DNA from: Patescibacteria group bacterium
GTDB lineage: Bacteria; Patescibacteriota; Minisyncoccia; UBA6257; GWB1-50-10
Assembly: GCA_038065455.1 (NCBI GenBank)
Contig: JBBTQX010000004.1
Span: forward strand, 1-64,000
DNA: 64,000 nucleotides
Reading direction: 5' to 3'
How positions within the stretch are numbered: the stretch's first letter is position 1; every line of letters begins with the position of its first letter. The position numbers and the translations under genes were made by a program. The notes under the pieces are model-generated. The model searched no databases and had not been told where the DNA came from. It saw only the letters and a program-made list of their open reading frames with translations. Positions 48,525 to 57,088 of the stretch are shown in pieces.

Positions 48525-49412
48525 CTAATTCCAAGCTATTGAAGTGGCATCTACATCACCGTCAAGCGCCGTCATCCAAAAGATGGCTTGCCGCTCAACT
48601 TTACCGCTTAAGCTTTTTCCAATGTCCACCGTATCAGTGGACCCATTTTGAAATTTAACAAGCGTTCTTCCGGTAACAATCACGTCAACCATACGTCGGT
48701 AATTATAATTGTAAAGATCTATCTTTTCGCTCCGCACGCCTTTTGTAAGGTGTATCGGAAAAGAAATCAGATCTTTTTTCTCCGGCTCTGTAGGGATGTT
48801 CGCAACGGAATTCTGATAAATTACCGTTGCTACAACCGGCGATTGTTTCACCGATGTAGTATCTAACAGCCAACCTGCCGTCTTCCCATCCCATCTGCTT
48901 ACCGCCCCACCAACAGCATTTAAAGTTGATGGAATAACCGCGTACAAGAAGAAAAGAATTGTAATCCCGATTGCCAGAAAAGTTAACACACTTCTGGAAC
49001 TGGTCACGAATTTTTCCATCCCATAGGGATCATACGATGGAAGAAATATTAATGCCAGAATAACAAGTAAAAATACCGGAATCAGTGATACAACACTTGT
49101 TATTGGAACTATTACCAAATAAAGAGCGAATAATAATTCGAATCCCAGCACCAATCCAATCAATGTCAGAAGACGCCTTCCTCCACTTATCAGTGCAACA
49201 GCGCCAATTAGCAGGGGATCAGCCACAACCATAAAGAATAGGAGAATCCCAATTAAAGCGAATGTGACTGTAAGCCATGGATATCCAAATAATGCGACGA
49301 TAACAATTAAAAACGGATACAAAAAAGAGATAATAATTGCTATCTTTAAAATTAACCAAACCATTAGTACCTGTGGGGTACGGAAAATTTCTACTATTGT
49401 TCTCATTGCCAT
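48525..49412 (-). CDS. Hypothetical multi-TM protein (AT-rich)
   Basis: 295-aa ORF, about 6 N-terminal TMs and a soluble C-terminal domain. Confidence 0.65.
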   Translation of the reverse strand: MAMRTIVEIFRTPQVLMVWLILKIAIIISFLYPFLIVIVALFGYPWLTVTFALIGILLFFMVVADPLLIGAVALISGGRRLLTLIGLVLGFELLFALYLVIVPITSVVSLIPVFLLVILALIFLPSYDPYGMEKFVTSSRSVLTFLAIGITILFFLYAVIPSTLNAVGGAVSRWDGKTAGWLLDTTSVKQSPVVATVIYQNSVANIPTEPEKKDLISFPIHLTKGVRSEKIDLYNYNYRRMVDVIVTGRTLVKFQNGSTDTVDIGKSLSGKVERQAIFWMTALDGDVDATSIAWN

Positions 49413-49984
49413 TCTCCTTTCTTTTCACCTCTGAATTTTCTTAACCAATTTGCGGCATTTTTATCCGCCTCATTGAAGCTTTCCCAAAAACCTTTTCCTT
49501 TGGGTTTGTCGTCAGCAATAACCGGTTCTTCTTTCTTACCGAAGAAGATATCATCAAAGAGTTGGAGCTCTTTCTTTATCTTCTCCGCTTCTTTTTCCAT
49601 GTCCATATCACCGGCTTTTTCCAGACGTTCGAATATTTTACCAACAAAAGCTGCTCTAGTGCTTTCTGCGGCTTTAGAGGAAATATCCTTTTTTTGTTTT
49701 TTTCCAGACACGTCTCCTTCTTTTTTGTTATCCAGTCTATCTGAAACATATTCCAAAAAATCGGAGCTTTTTTCCATTATCGCCGAAAGAAATGGATTAG
49801 AAACTTTCTCTGCTCTTCCTTCTATCCAACTGGTAAAAAGATCGAAACCTCTCTTTAAGATAGGGTTATTTCTTAATTTACTATCCTCCGGGATAAATTT
49901 TTCAACGAACAAGTCGGCAAGTTTTTCCAACTCTGTATTGAAGAAACTCAATGCCTCATTTACGTGTTGTTTTTTAACAGCCAT
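49403..49984 (-). CDS. Hypothetical charged helical protein (AT-rich)
   Basis: 193-aa ORF, AAGGAG SD, TTGACA upstream; overlaps next gene. Confidence 0.65.
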   Translation of the reverse strand: MAVKKQHVNEALSFFNTELEKLADLFVEKFIPEDSKLRNNPILKRGFDLFTSWIEGRAEKVSNPFLSAIMEKSSDFLEYVSDRLDNKKEGDVSGKKQKKDISSKAAESTRAAFVGKIFERLEKAGDMDMEKEAEKIKKELQLFDDIFFGKKEEPVIADDKPKGKGFWESFNEADKNAANWLRKFRGEKKGEWQ

Positions 49985-50105
49985 TTTTACATCTCCTTTC
50001 CTTCCTTTCGGAAGAATCTAGTTATAAGTTAGTTATTTATTATGACAATATTCTGCTTATATCTTAGCATAGAACAAATTAGTTGTCAATTACTCGTAAG
50101 GCACA

Positions 50106-50494
50106 TTCAACCCTCAAGTGCAACACTCATCACCTCCTGGGGTGTTCTCCACCCCAGACGTTTTCTTGGTCTTGAATTTAATGCGCGTTCGACATACGCG
50201 ATATCTTCTTCCTGTATCATAGTGAAATCAGTCTTCTTGGGGAAGTAGTCTCGGATGAGGCCATTCGTGTTTTCGTTCGTGAGCCAGACGAGGGGTATAT
50301 ACTCTGCGCTCCCCGGGAAAGTTTCTCTGCAGCTCCCTGGAGACTGACGATGGAGAGCGATTCAAAACAAAAGCAATAGAACGGACCGATTCCCTTTTCC
50401 ACCTCATCACCTGAATGATTTCCCTCTCTTCGATTGAAAAATGTTGATATGACATACACTTCATTTTACCGAAGTGTTGCACTTACTTGTTGAA
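50106..50494 (-). mobile_element. Internally deleted IS30-family element (both ends retained, about 390 bp)
   Basis: IRs ttcaaccctcaagtgcaacact / agtgttgcacttacttgttgaa; N-terminal HTH (LNRSPSSVSRELQRN) joined out of frame to C-terminus (NENTNGLIRDYFPK...LNSRPRKRLGWRTP). Confidence 0.85.
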
Positions 50495-50541
50495 CTAACT
50501 AAATCGCGGTATTATGCGATAAATAAAGGGTATTTTAGCAT

Positions 50542-50625
50542 GGGCAGGTGGCGAAATTGGCAGACGCACCAACTTTAGGAGTTGGCGATCGCAAGGTCTT
50601 GTGGGTTCAAGTCCCACCCTGCCCA
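50542..50625 (+). tRNA. tRNA-Leu(TAG)
   Basis: GGGCAGG acceptor, anticodon stem CCAAC/GTTGG with loop TTTAGGA, long variable arm, GGTTCAAGTCC. Confidence 0.93.
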
Positions 50626-50703
50626 CTAGATAATTATTAATTCTCCGTATTGGGGCCTGAAACCGATTATTTATCGGTTTGTTTTTGTTCCTATGTTTTA
50701 TCA

Positions 50704-50743
50704 TTACTATCCTATTTATCCGACCGGATAAATAGGATAGTAA
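50704..50743. repeat. 40-bp palindrome (perfect 19-bp arms) downstream of PaaX/Cas2-like gene 1
   Basis: ttactatcctatttatccg-ac-cggataaataggatagtaa. Confidence 0.85.
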
Positions 50744-50799
50744 GAAGACAAAATAAAAAACGTGGAAATAACAATATTGGAAATCGGCAAAAACGAATC

Positions 50800-51387
50800 T
50801 TAGTTGATTTGTTTTAAACTTCCCGCCTTGCTGATTTCAAAAATTTCGACAAAATCAACCATATTAAACTTATCCAAATCATCGATGAATTGTTTTGGGA
50901 TTTTTACTTTGCCAACCCATACGCTTTTCTGAATCATTTTCAAGTCCAGGTTTTTTAAAACTTCTCTAATCCAGGCTCGCTTTGATCTTTCTTTTTCCGG
51001 AATATCGAAAACAACAATGGTAAATTGACCCTTTTCTTTCGAATAGCTCATAGGCCGAGGCAATCTTTTTATATTATCCAATTTCAATTTTTCAAGTTTT
51101 TCTTTTCCTTTTCCGGTAATGGAGAAGAAATTTGTCTTGTTTCTCGCTTCAACTTTTATAAGGCCGTCTTCTTTTAGTTTATAAAGAAGGTTGTAATATT
51201 TTTGTTTAATTTCCGCTTCTTTTTTTCTTCCGGCTCTATCGTCTTTTATTTTATATGTCTCGTGTTCCATTCTACCAATGGAGGCACCGTAACCGGCATT
51301 CAAGAAAGCATTGAAAAAATCAAAACTATTAATTGTCATATCTCCTAAAACCTCCAAAACCTTCAATAAAATATCTCCTTTAGCCAT
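50800..51387 (-). CDS. PaaX-like winged-helix plus Cas2-like domain protein (paralog 1)
   Basis: L.KL...GLI...ITGKG wHTH; IVVFDIPE..R.KR.WIR..L..L...MIQKSVW Cas2-like fold. Confidence 0.8.
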   Translation of the reverse strand: MAKGDILLKVLEVLGDMTINSFDFFNAFLNAGYGASIGRMEHETYKIKDDRAGRKKEAEIKQKYYNLLYKLKEDGLIKVEARNKTNFFSITGKGKEKLEKLKLDNIKRLPRPMSYSKEKGQFTIVVFDIPEKERSKRAWIREVLKNLDLKMIQKSVWVGKVKIPKQFIDDLDKFNMVDFVEIFEISKAGSLKQIN

Positions 51388-51396
51388 ATTTTTATT

Positions 51397-51436
51397 ATAC
51401 TATCTTATTAATCCTATCGGAAAGATAGGATAGTGA
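51397..51436. promoter_or_regulatory. Degenerate copy (32/40) of the 50704 palindrome overlapping the putative -10 box of paralog 1
   Basis: atactatcttattaatcctatcggaaagataggatagtga; minus strand reads TATAAT-aaaaat-ATG. Confidence 0.7.
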
Positions 51437-51472
51437 TTCTATTAATAAAATAAATAGAAGAATATCTTCTTA

Positions 51473-52366
51473 CTATTTGCGGCGGCGGGCGTGGAAGGTC
51501 TGATGGATTTCCTTGAGCTCCTTATTGGTCAGGTGGGTATAGACCTGGGTGGTCGAAATATTGGCGTGGCCCAGAAGCGACTGGACCGAACGCAGGTCGG
51601 CGCCGTTTATAAGAAGGTCGGTGGCAAACGAGTGTCGGATTTGATGGGGGTGGACTTTTTTCGGGATGCCGGCTTTTTTGGCGTAGAAAGAAGTTAATCT
51701 CTGAACGGAACGGGGATTTATCCGGCCGATTACCTTGTTCTTTTTGGTCAGGCTCGCGAAAAGGTATTCCTCGGTATCGCTTCTTTTTTCCAAATAGTTT
51801 TTAATGGATTTTTTGGCCCCCTCCGACAGAAAAACCACCCGGAGCTTGTCGCCTTTTCCGCGCACGGATATTTCGCCCCGCTCCAAATCCAGATAGCGGG
51901 GGAGGGCGCAAAGTTCGGAGAGCCGGAGACCGGTCGAGAAAAATGTTTCCAAAATTGCCCGGTCCCGAAGCGAGCGCAAATCCTTCCCGTCGGGAGCCGA
52001 AACCAGGCGCTCCAATTCTTTATAGTCCAGGGTTTCAATGTCGCGTCGGGAAACCCTCGGCAACTCTATTTTTTCCGGAGCGAGCACTTTTATATCGCGC
52101 TTCAGGAGATATTTCAAAAGATTGCGAATGGCGATTACGTAATAACTCTGGGTATTTTTTTTCAAATCTTTGCGGGAAAGATTTACCCGGAAGTCGCGCA
52201 CCGCATCCTCCGTAATATCCTTAATGGAACGGATTTTCTGGTTTTCCAGAAAAAATTTCAGGTAGCGCCCATAGTTCTCGCGCGTCTTCCGCGAGCGGTT
52301 TCTTTCCACCTCCAGATAGTCCAGATAATCCTTGAGATATTTTTCCGCTTCGGTCATTTGTTTCAT
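51473..52366 (-). CDS. xerC: Tyrosine recombinase XerC/XerD-like
   Basis: RDRAILE..FSTGLR.SEL, GKGDKLR, HPHQIRHSFATDLL, LLGHANISTTQVYTH. Confidence 0.85.
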   Translation of the reverse strand: MKQMTEAEKYLKDYLDYLEVERNRSRKTRENYGRYLKFFLENQKIRSIKDITEDAVRDFRVNLSRKDLKKNTQSYYVIAIRNLLKYLLKRDIKVLAPEKIELPRVSRRDIETLDYKELERLVSAPDGKDLRSLRDRAILETFFSTGLRLSELCALPRYLDLERGEISVRGKGDKLRVVFLSEGAKKSIKNYLEKRSDTEEYLFASLTKKNKVIGRINPRSVQRLTSFYAKKAGIPKKVHPHQIRHSFATDLLINGADLRSVQSLLGHANISTTQVYTHLTNKELKEIHQTFHARRRK

Positions 52367-52393
52367 CTTACCACTTCTGTCGCAAAAGGTTTG

Positions 52394-52591
52394 GGGGTAT
52401 CCCTAGTTCCCTCAAAAAACACGCTATCAAATTCCCCAGTGCCGATAACCTCCGGTTATCGAGCATCCACGATTGCTTTCGCAATCGGGACGTGGAATTT
52501 GCGCTCGCTCTCGGCCTCGCTCTTCCGCTTCGCGGAAACCATGCCCACTCGGCCTGCGAGACGGTTTTCTTGAGGAAATTAGGGATACCCC
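52394..52591. mobile_element. 198-bp MITE-like element (family C) with structured interior
   Basis: TIR ggggtatccctagttccctcaa / ttgaggaaattagggatacccc (20/22); internal hairpins cgataacc..ggttatcg, cgattgc..gcaatcg, ttccgc-ttc-gcggaa. Confidence 0.65.
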
Positions 52592-52736
52592 ATTAATAAA
52601 ATAAAAAGGTGAGGTTTTTCTTCCCAAAGAAATATCTCGAAGCTAGGTTACGACTTTACGAGTGGTAATGAAGGGGATGCGGGAGAGGCGATAAAAACTT
52701 TACAAATTCAAAAACCTGAGATAGAATGGAAAAACC

Positions 52737-53003
52737 ATGTTAACCAAGAGACAAAAGCAGAATGTCATCAAAGAGAGTGCCAAGCACGATACCGATACCG
52801 GCTCCGAGGAGGTCCAAATTGGCCTTCTTTCTAAGCGAATTAAGCTTCTGGCCGATCACCTCAAAAAGAACGCCAAAGATAATCACTCTAGGCGGGGTCT
52901 TTTGATAATGGTGGGCAAACGGCGCCGCTTTCTCCAAGCCCTCAAAGTGGATGACGAGAAGCGCTATACGCAAGTTATGAAGAAGCTCGCAATCGAGGCG
53001 TAA
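52737..53003 (+). CDS. rpsO: 30S ribosomal protein S15
   Basis: DTGSEEVQI, HLK...KDNHSRRGLL.MVGKRRR. Confidence 0.96.
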   Translation: MLTKRQKQNVIKESAKHDTDTGSEEVQIGLLSKRIKLLADHLKKNAKDNHSRRGLLIMVGKRRRFLQALKVDDEKRYTQVMKKLAIEA

Positions 53004-53007
53004 ACAG

Positions 53008-53526
53008 ATGGTTAATAACAATCCAAACCAGAGAGTGGGCGTCTTCATAGATGTCCAGAATATTTACCATTCGGCAAAAAATCTCTACCGTTCCCGCGTC
53101 AATTTCAAAGAATTGATGAAGGCGGTCGTAGGCCGGCGCCAGCTGGTCCGCTCGATGGCTTATGTCATCAAAACGGAAAATACCGAAGGAGAGAGTTCTT
53201 TTTTCGAGGCCCTGCGCCAAGCCGGAATGGAATTAAGAGTGAAAGACCTTCAGATATATCCGGATGGAACGAAAAAAGGCGACTGGGATGTGGGTCTGGC
53301 GGTGGACGCCATGCGGATGGCTTCGACCCTGGATGTCATCGTGCTCGTGACGGGCGACGGCGATTTCGTGCCCCTCGTGGAATATCTGAAGCTCGGAATG
53401 GGCAAAGCAGTGGAAGTCGCGGCTTTCAGCCGGACGGCTTCAGGAAAACTCAAAGAAACTACCGACACCTTCGTCGAGGTGGAACACATTCCCCGGGCGC
53501 TCTTGAGAATAAAGAGCCGGGAATAA
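53008..53526 (+). CDS. NYN domain (LabA/DUF88) protein
   Basis: VFIDVQN, KGDWDV..AVD, LVTGDGDFVP. Confidence 0.9.
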   Translation: MVNNNPNQRVGVFIDVQNIYHSAKNLYRSRVNFKELMKAVVGRRQLVRSMAYVIKTENTEGESSFFEALRQAGMELRVKDLQIYPDGTKKGDWDVGLAVDAMRMASTLDVIVLVTGDGDFVPLVEYLKLGMGKAVEVAAFSRTASGKLKETTDTFVEVEHIPRALLRIKSRE

Positions 53527-53547
53527 ATTTTTAATAAAACAACTAAT

Positions 53548-55599
53548 ATGGACTTAGCGAGAAAAATATACAAAACAAGTATGAAAGGCGAGGAGGTTTC
53601 GTTTGAAGTTTCGAAAATAGCCGGCCAGGCGAATGCGGCCGTCATAGGCCGGCATGGCGATACGGCCGTTTTGGCAGCCGTTGTAATGAGTGAGCAGGAC
53701 AAGAGCGGGGATTTCTTTCCGCTCACAGTTGATTATGAAGAAAGATTTTATGCCGCCGGAAAAATCCTCGGTAGCCGTTTCGTGCGTCGCGAAGGCAAAG
53801 CCACAGATGATGCCGTACTCTCCGCCCGCGTCATCGACCGTACCATCCGCCCGCTCTTCGACCCCCGCCTCCGCCGCGAAGTCCAGGTAGTTATCACTAT
53901 TCTTTCTTACGAAGAAAAAAATGATCCGGATTTTATCGCGCTTCTATCGGCTTCGGCCGCGCTCGCCATCTCCGACATTCCCTGGAACGGCCCAGTGGCC
54001 GGAATGAAGATTATTTCTCCGGAAAATGGAGATATTGCGAGTTATCAGGCTTATTTCGCCGGAACGGATAAGAAAATTAATATGATAGAGTTCGAGGGGA
54101 AAGAGATTTCCGAGAGCGTGGCGGAAAAAGTTTTCGCCGAATGTTTCGAAGAAATCAAAAAATTGGTGGCTTTTCAGAGAGATATCGCGAAGGAAATAGG
54201 AAAACCCAAGGCCCAAGTGGCTCTGGCAACCGCCGATCCGAAAACCCAATCCGTCGTGAATGAATTTTTGAAAGAAGATTTGGAGGAAGCTCTTGCGGCT
54301 AAGCACACCGAAGGGTTACGGAAAAAAATATTGGAACATCTCGAAAAAGCCGGCGAGAATGAGAGCGTGCTCAATTCCGCCGAGGTCTTCTTCGAGGAAG
54401 AGGTGGACAAATATGTCCATACTTTGGCAATAGAAAAAGATAAGCGGGTTGACGGAAGAAAAATGGATGAGGTTCGCGATCTTCATGCCGAAGCCGGTCT
54501 TTTTAAAAGAGTTCATGGCTCGGCGCTCTTCTGCCGAGGTGAAACTCAGGTTTTGGCGATGACAACTCTTGCGACGCCCGAAGGCAAACAACTTGTTGAG
54601 AGCATGGAGGGCACAATCAAGAAGCGTTTTATGCTGAACTATAATTTCCCGGGTTTTGCAACCGGAGAAACAGGACGCTCCAATCGGGGACCCGGCCGCC
54701 GAGAAATCGGCCACGGCGCATTGGCTGCGAAAGCCGTCGTTGCGATGCTGCCCTCCGAAGAAGAATTTCCTTATGCAATCCGCGTCGTTGCCGAAACTCT
54801 TTCCTCGAACGGCTCCTCCTCTATGGCTTCAACCTGCGCAACCTCGCTCTCGCTTATGGATGCCGGCATACCGCTCAAAAAACAAGTGGCTGGAATTTCC
54901 ATCGGATTGATGAGTGATGAAAGCGGCCGCTACAAACTCCTAACCGACATTCAAGGACCGGAAGACCATTACGGAGATATGGATTTCAAGGTGGCCGGCA
55001 CGCGCGACGGAATAAATGCCATTCAGATGGATGTGAAAGTAGACGGTATTACGCTTCAAATTTTCAAAGAAGCTTTAATGGCCGCGAAGACCGCACGCTT
55101 CCAAATACTGGATGTTATGGATAAAACGCTTTCCGCACCCCGCGCAGATCTTTCGCCTTTTGCGCCCCGTATCACAACCATCCAAATCCCCATTGAAAAT
55201 ATCGGGCAAATTATCGGTCCGGGCGGAAAAACAATTAACGGCATTCTGGCTCAGACCCAAAATAAGGTAACGATAGATATCGAAGAAGACGGAAGAATAT
55301 TTATCGCCGGCACCGATTCGGCTCTCGTCGCTCAAGCGGTTTCGATAATCAAAGGAATTGCGAAGGATGTGAATATCGGAGAAATGGTTGAAGGAACGAT
55401 AATTAAAATATTGGATTTTGGAGCAATTGTGGATCTCGGCGGCGGCAAAGATGGAATGATCCATGTTTCCGAACTCAAAGAAGGTTTTGTTAAAAAAGTG
55501 GAAGATGTCGTCAAGGTGGGCGATTTTGTAAGAGCGAAAGTAATCCGATCGGAGGACGGAAAAATCGGACTTTCTCTGAAGCAGGTGGCGGCGAAGTAA
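53548..55599 (+). CDS. pnp: Polyribonucleotide nucleotidyltransferase
   Basis: FFPLTVDYEE, RREIGHG, SNGSSSMA, GDMDFKVAGT, KH and S1 domains. Confidence 0.96.
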   Translation: MDLARKIYKTSMKGEEVSFEVSKIAGQANAAVIGRHGDTAVLAAVVMSEQDKSGDFFPLTVDYEERFYAAGKILGSRFVRREGKATDDAVLSARVIDRTIRPLFDPRLRREVQVVITILSYEEKNDPDFIALLSASAALAISDIPWNGPVAGMKIISPENGDIASYQAYFAGTDKKINMIEFEGKEISESVAEKVFAECFEEIKKLVAFQRDIAKEIGKPKAQVALATADPKTQSVVNEFLKEDLEEALAAKHTEGLRKKILEHLEKAGENESVLNSAEVFFEEEVDKYVHTLAIEKDKRVDGRKMDEVRDLHAEAGLFKRVHGSALFCRGETQVLAMTTLATPEGKQLVESMEGTIKKRFMLNYNFPGFATGETGRSNRGPGRREIGHGALAAKAVVAMLPSEEEFPYAIRVVAETLSSNGSSSMASTCATSLSLMDAGIPLKKQVAGISIGLMSDESGRYKLLTDIQGPEDHYGDMDFKVAGTRDGINAIQMDVKVDGITLQIFKEALMAAKTARFQILDVMDKTLSAPRADLSPFAPRITTIQIPIENIGQIIGPGGKTINGILAQTQNKVTIDIEEDGRIFIAGTDSALVAQAVSIIKGIAKDVNIGEMVEGTIIKILDFGAIVDLGGGKDGMIHVSELKEGFVKKVEDVVKVGDFVRAKVIRSEDGKIGLSLKQVAAK

Positions 55600-55664
55600 T
55601 TTACCGGGCCCGGTCTATCTTATCCACAACACAGAAAATTCTCAGGTGGTATAATATAAGGACA

Positions 55665-56741
55665 ATGGCAAATGAAAACTTAATGGGTGCAGGCGAGGGC
55701 GAGTCTCCGTTGATGAAGCCGGCCGCTCCGAACGTCGACGTGCGGACGATGAGTTCCGACATGCAGTCGATTAATACCGGCAGTCCCACTCCGAAACCTT
55801 ATGTTCCGCAAACAGCGCCCGAAAATATGGCTGTAGTTCCTCCGGTTCCGAATACTTCCGTTCCAGATCAATCATTCCAGATACCTCAGGCGGACACAAC
55901 CTTCGGTTCGCCGATGCCAGAAATACCAGTCAAAAAAAGTGGTAAGGGGGTCTTCACGGCTATCATAGTTTTCATTGCGGTCGTCGGCCTCGCGGCTCTC
56001 GGCTACTTCGTCATTTATCCGATTTTCTTCGCCAATCCGAATTCATTTCCGATTGCAATTCCGATTAATATGAATCCCAATCCGGCGCCGGCGCTTCCCG
56101 CAACCGAGCCGACCCCGATATCCGAACCGGCTCCGATTACCGAAGTCGTTTCTTCTACCGCGCCCGTAGCGCCCGCTACGCCGGCACCAACCCACGTTTC
56201 GATTCTTACGATTCCGGCCGATAGTAAACTTGAATTAAGCACGGTACTGAAATACGGACCGGTGCTTTCCAATCTAGCCTTGAATACGACCGCCTCGCCC
56301 AGCCTTACTGAAATAATTTACAAGGACTCAAATGGAAATTTATTAGAAACCGCTGATATTCTCAAAAACGTTTTGAAATTGGAAGCCTTAGCTTTCAATT
56401 ACCAATTCAATGAGGGGGGAGCGGCTGGAATGGTTTATAATGACAGTAAAAATGTCCGCTCACTCGGTTTTGTTTTCCAATTGGCTGATAATACCGATTT
56501 GGAAACAAAAATAAGCGGTCTTCAATCTTTCATCGAAAAATTGGGTTTTAGCGGAATTTTTTCGGGCAACCCGGGAGCGGAAAAAGCCTGGAAATCCAGC
56601 CAGGTTTCCGGCGCATCGAATCATCGCTATCTCACTTTCGAAAATCCTGGTTTTACCATCGATTACGGCTGGGTCGGAAATAAACTGGTAATCGCTACCT
56701 CATTTGACGGCTTCAAAGAGATAATCAAGAGGCTTCAATAA
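55665..56741 (+). CDS. Hypothetical single-TM protein with Pro/Thr-rich linkers
   Basis: VRTM..D N-terminal motif, Pro-rich region, TM, Pro/Thr-rich stalk, C-terminal domain. Confidence 0.7.
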   Translation: MANENLMGAGEGESPLMKPAAPNVDVRTMSSDMQSINTGSPTPKPYVPQTAPENMAVVPPVPNTSVPDQSFQIPQADTTFGSPMPEIPVKKSGKGVFTAIIVFIAVVGLAALGYFVIYPIFFANPNSFPIAIPINMNPNPAPALPATEPTPISEPAPITEVVSSTAPVAPATPAPTHVSILTIPADSKLELSTVLKYGPVLSNLALNTTASPSLTEIIYKDSNGNLLETADILKNVLKLEALAFNYQFNEGGAAGMVYNDSKNVRSLGFVFQLADNTDLETKISGLQSFIEKLGFSGIFSGNPGAEKAWKSSQVSGASNHRYLTFENPGFTIDYGWVGNKLVIATSFDGFKEIIKRLQ

Positions 56742-56746
56742 TAATT

Positions 56747-57079
56747 ATGAACAAGGAAGATTTGAAAAAAATCGAAGAGAAGCTCCTCTCCGAAAAACTT
56801 GAAATTGAAAAAGACTTGGAAAAATTAAAAGAGGGATTGGATTTCGGAAGCGATGTGGATAATTTCGACGAAGAATCGGATGAAGCGGAAGAAATGGGCA
56901 ACTATTTAGGCATTAAAAAAACCCAAGACGCCCGATTGAGCCAAATCGACAAAGCCATCCAAAAAATAAAAGAGGGGACTTATGGTACTTGCGGAAAATG
57001 CGGAAAATTAATAGAAATGGAAATTTTGGAGATAGACCCGGAATCGTTCCTTTGTAAAAACTGCAAGCGCGGAGCCTAA
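56747..57079 (+). CDS. DksA/TraR family C4 zinc-finger protein
   Basis: Coiled coil with DEAEE tip, GTYGTCGKCG...CKNC. Confidence 0.85.
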   Translation: MNKEDLKKIEEKLLSEKLEIEKDLEKLKEGLDFGSDVDNFDEESDEAEEMGNYLGIKKTQDARLSQIDKAIQKIKEGTYGTCGKCGKLIEMEILEIDPESFLCKNCKRGA

Positions 57080-57088
57080 AAATAAACG

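Noticed and set aside
50495-50704. 69-aa ORF on the minus strand
   Set aside because: It is the antisense translation of tRNA-Leu (VGRVGLEPT pattern).
50542-52600. Integrative element at tRNA-Leu using the 51473-52366 recombinase
   Set aside because: No convincing duplicate of the tRNA 3' end (only an 8-nt tgcccact near 52542). The protein looks like a housekeeping XerC/D with core-like composition and no phage or conjugation genes are nearby.
177-55628. Replication origin from DnaA-box matches (177-185, about 33188-33196, about 55620-55628)
   Set aside because: The boxes are isolated and far apart, with no cluster, no evident unwinding element and no dnaA/dnaN in the window.
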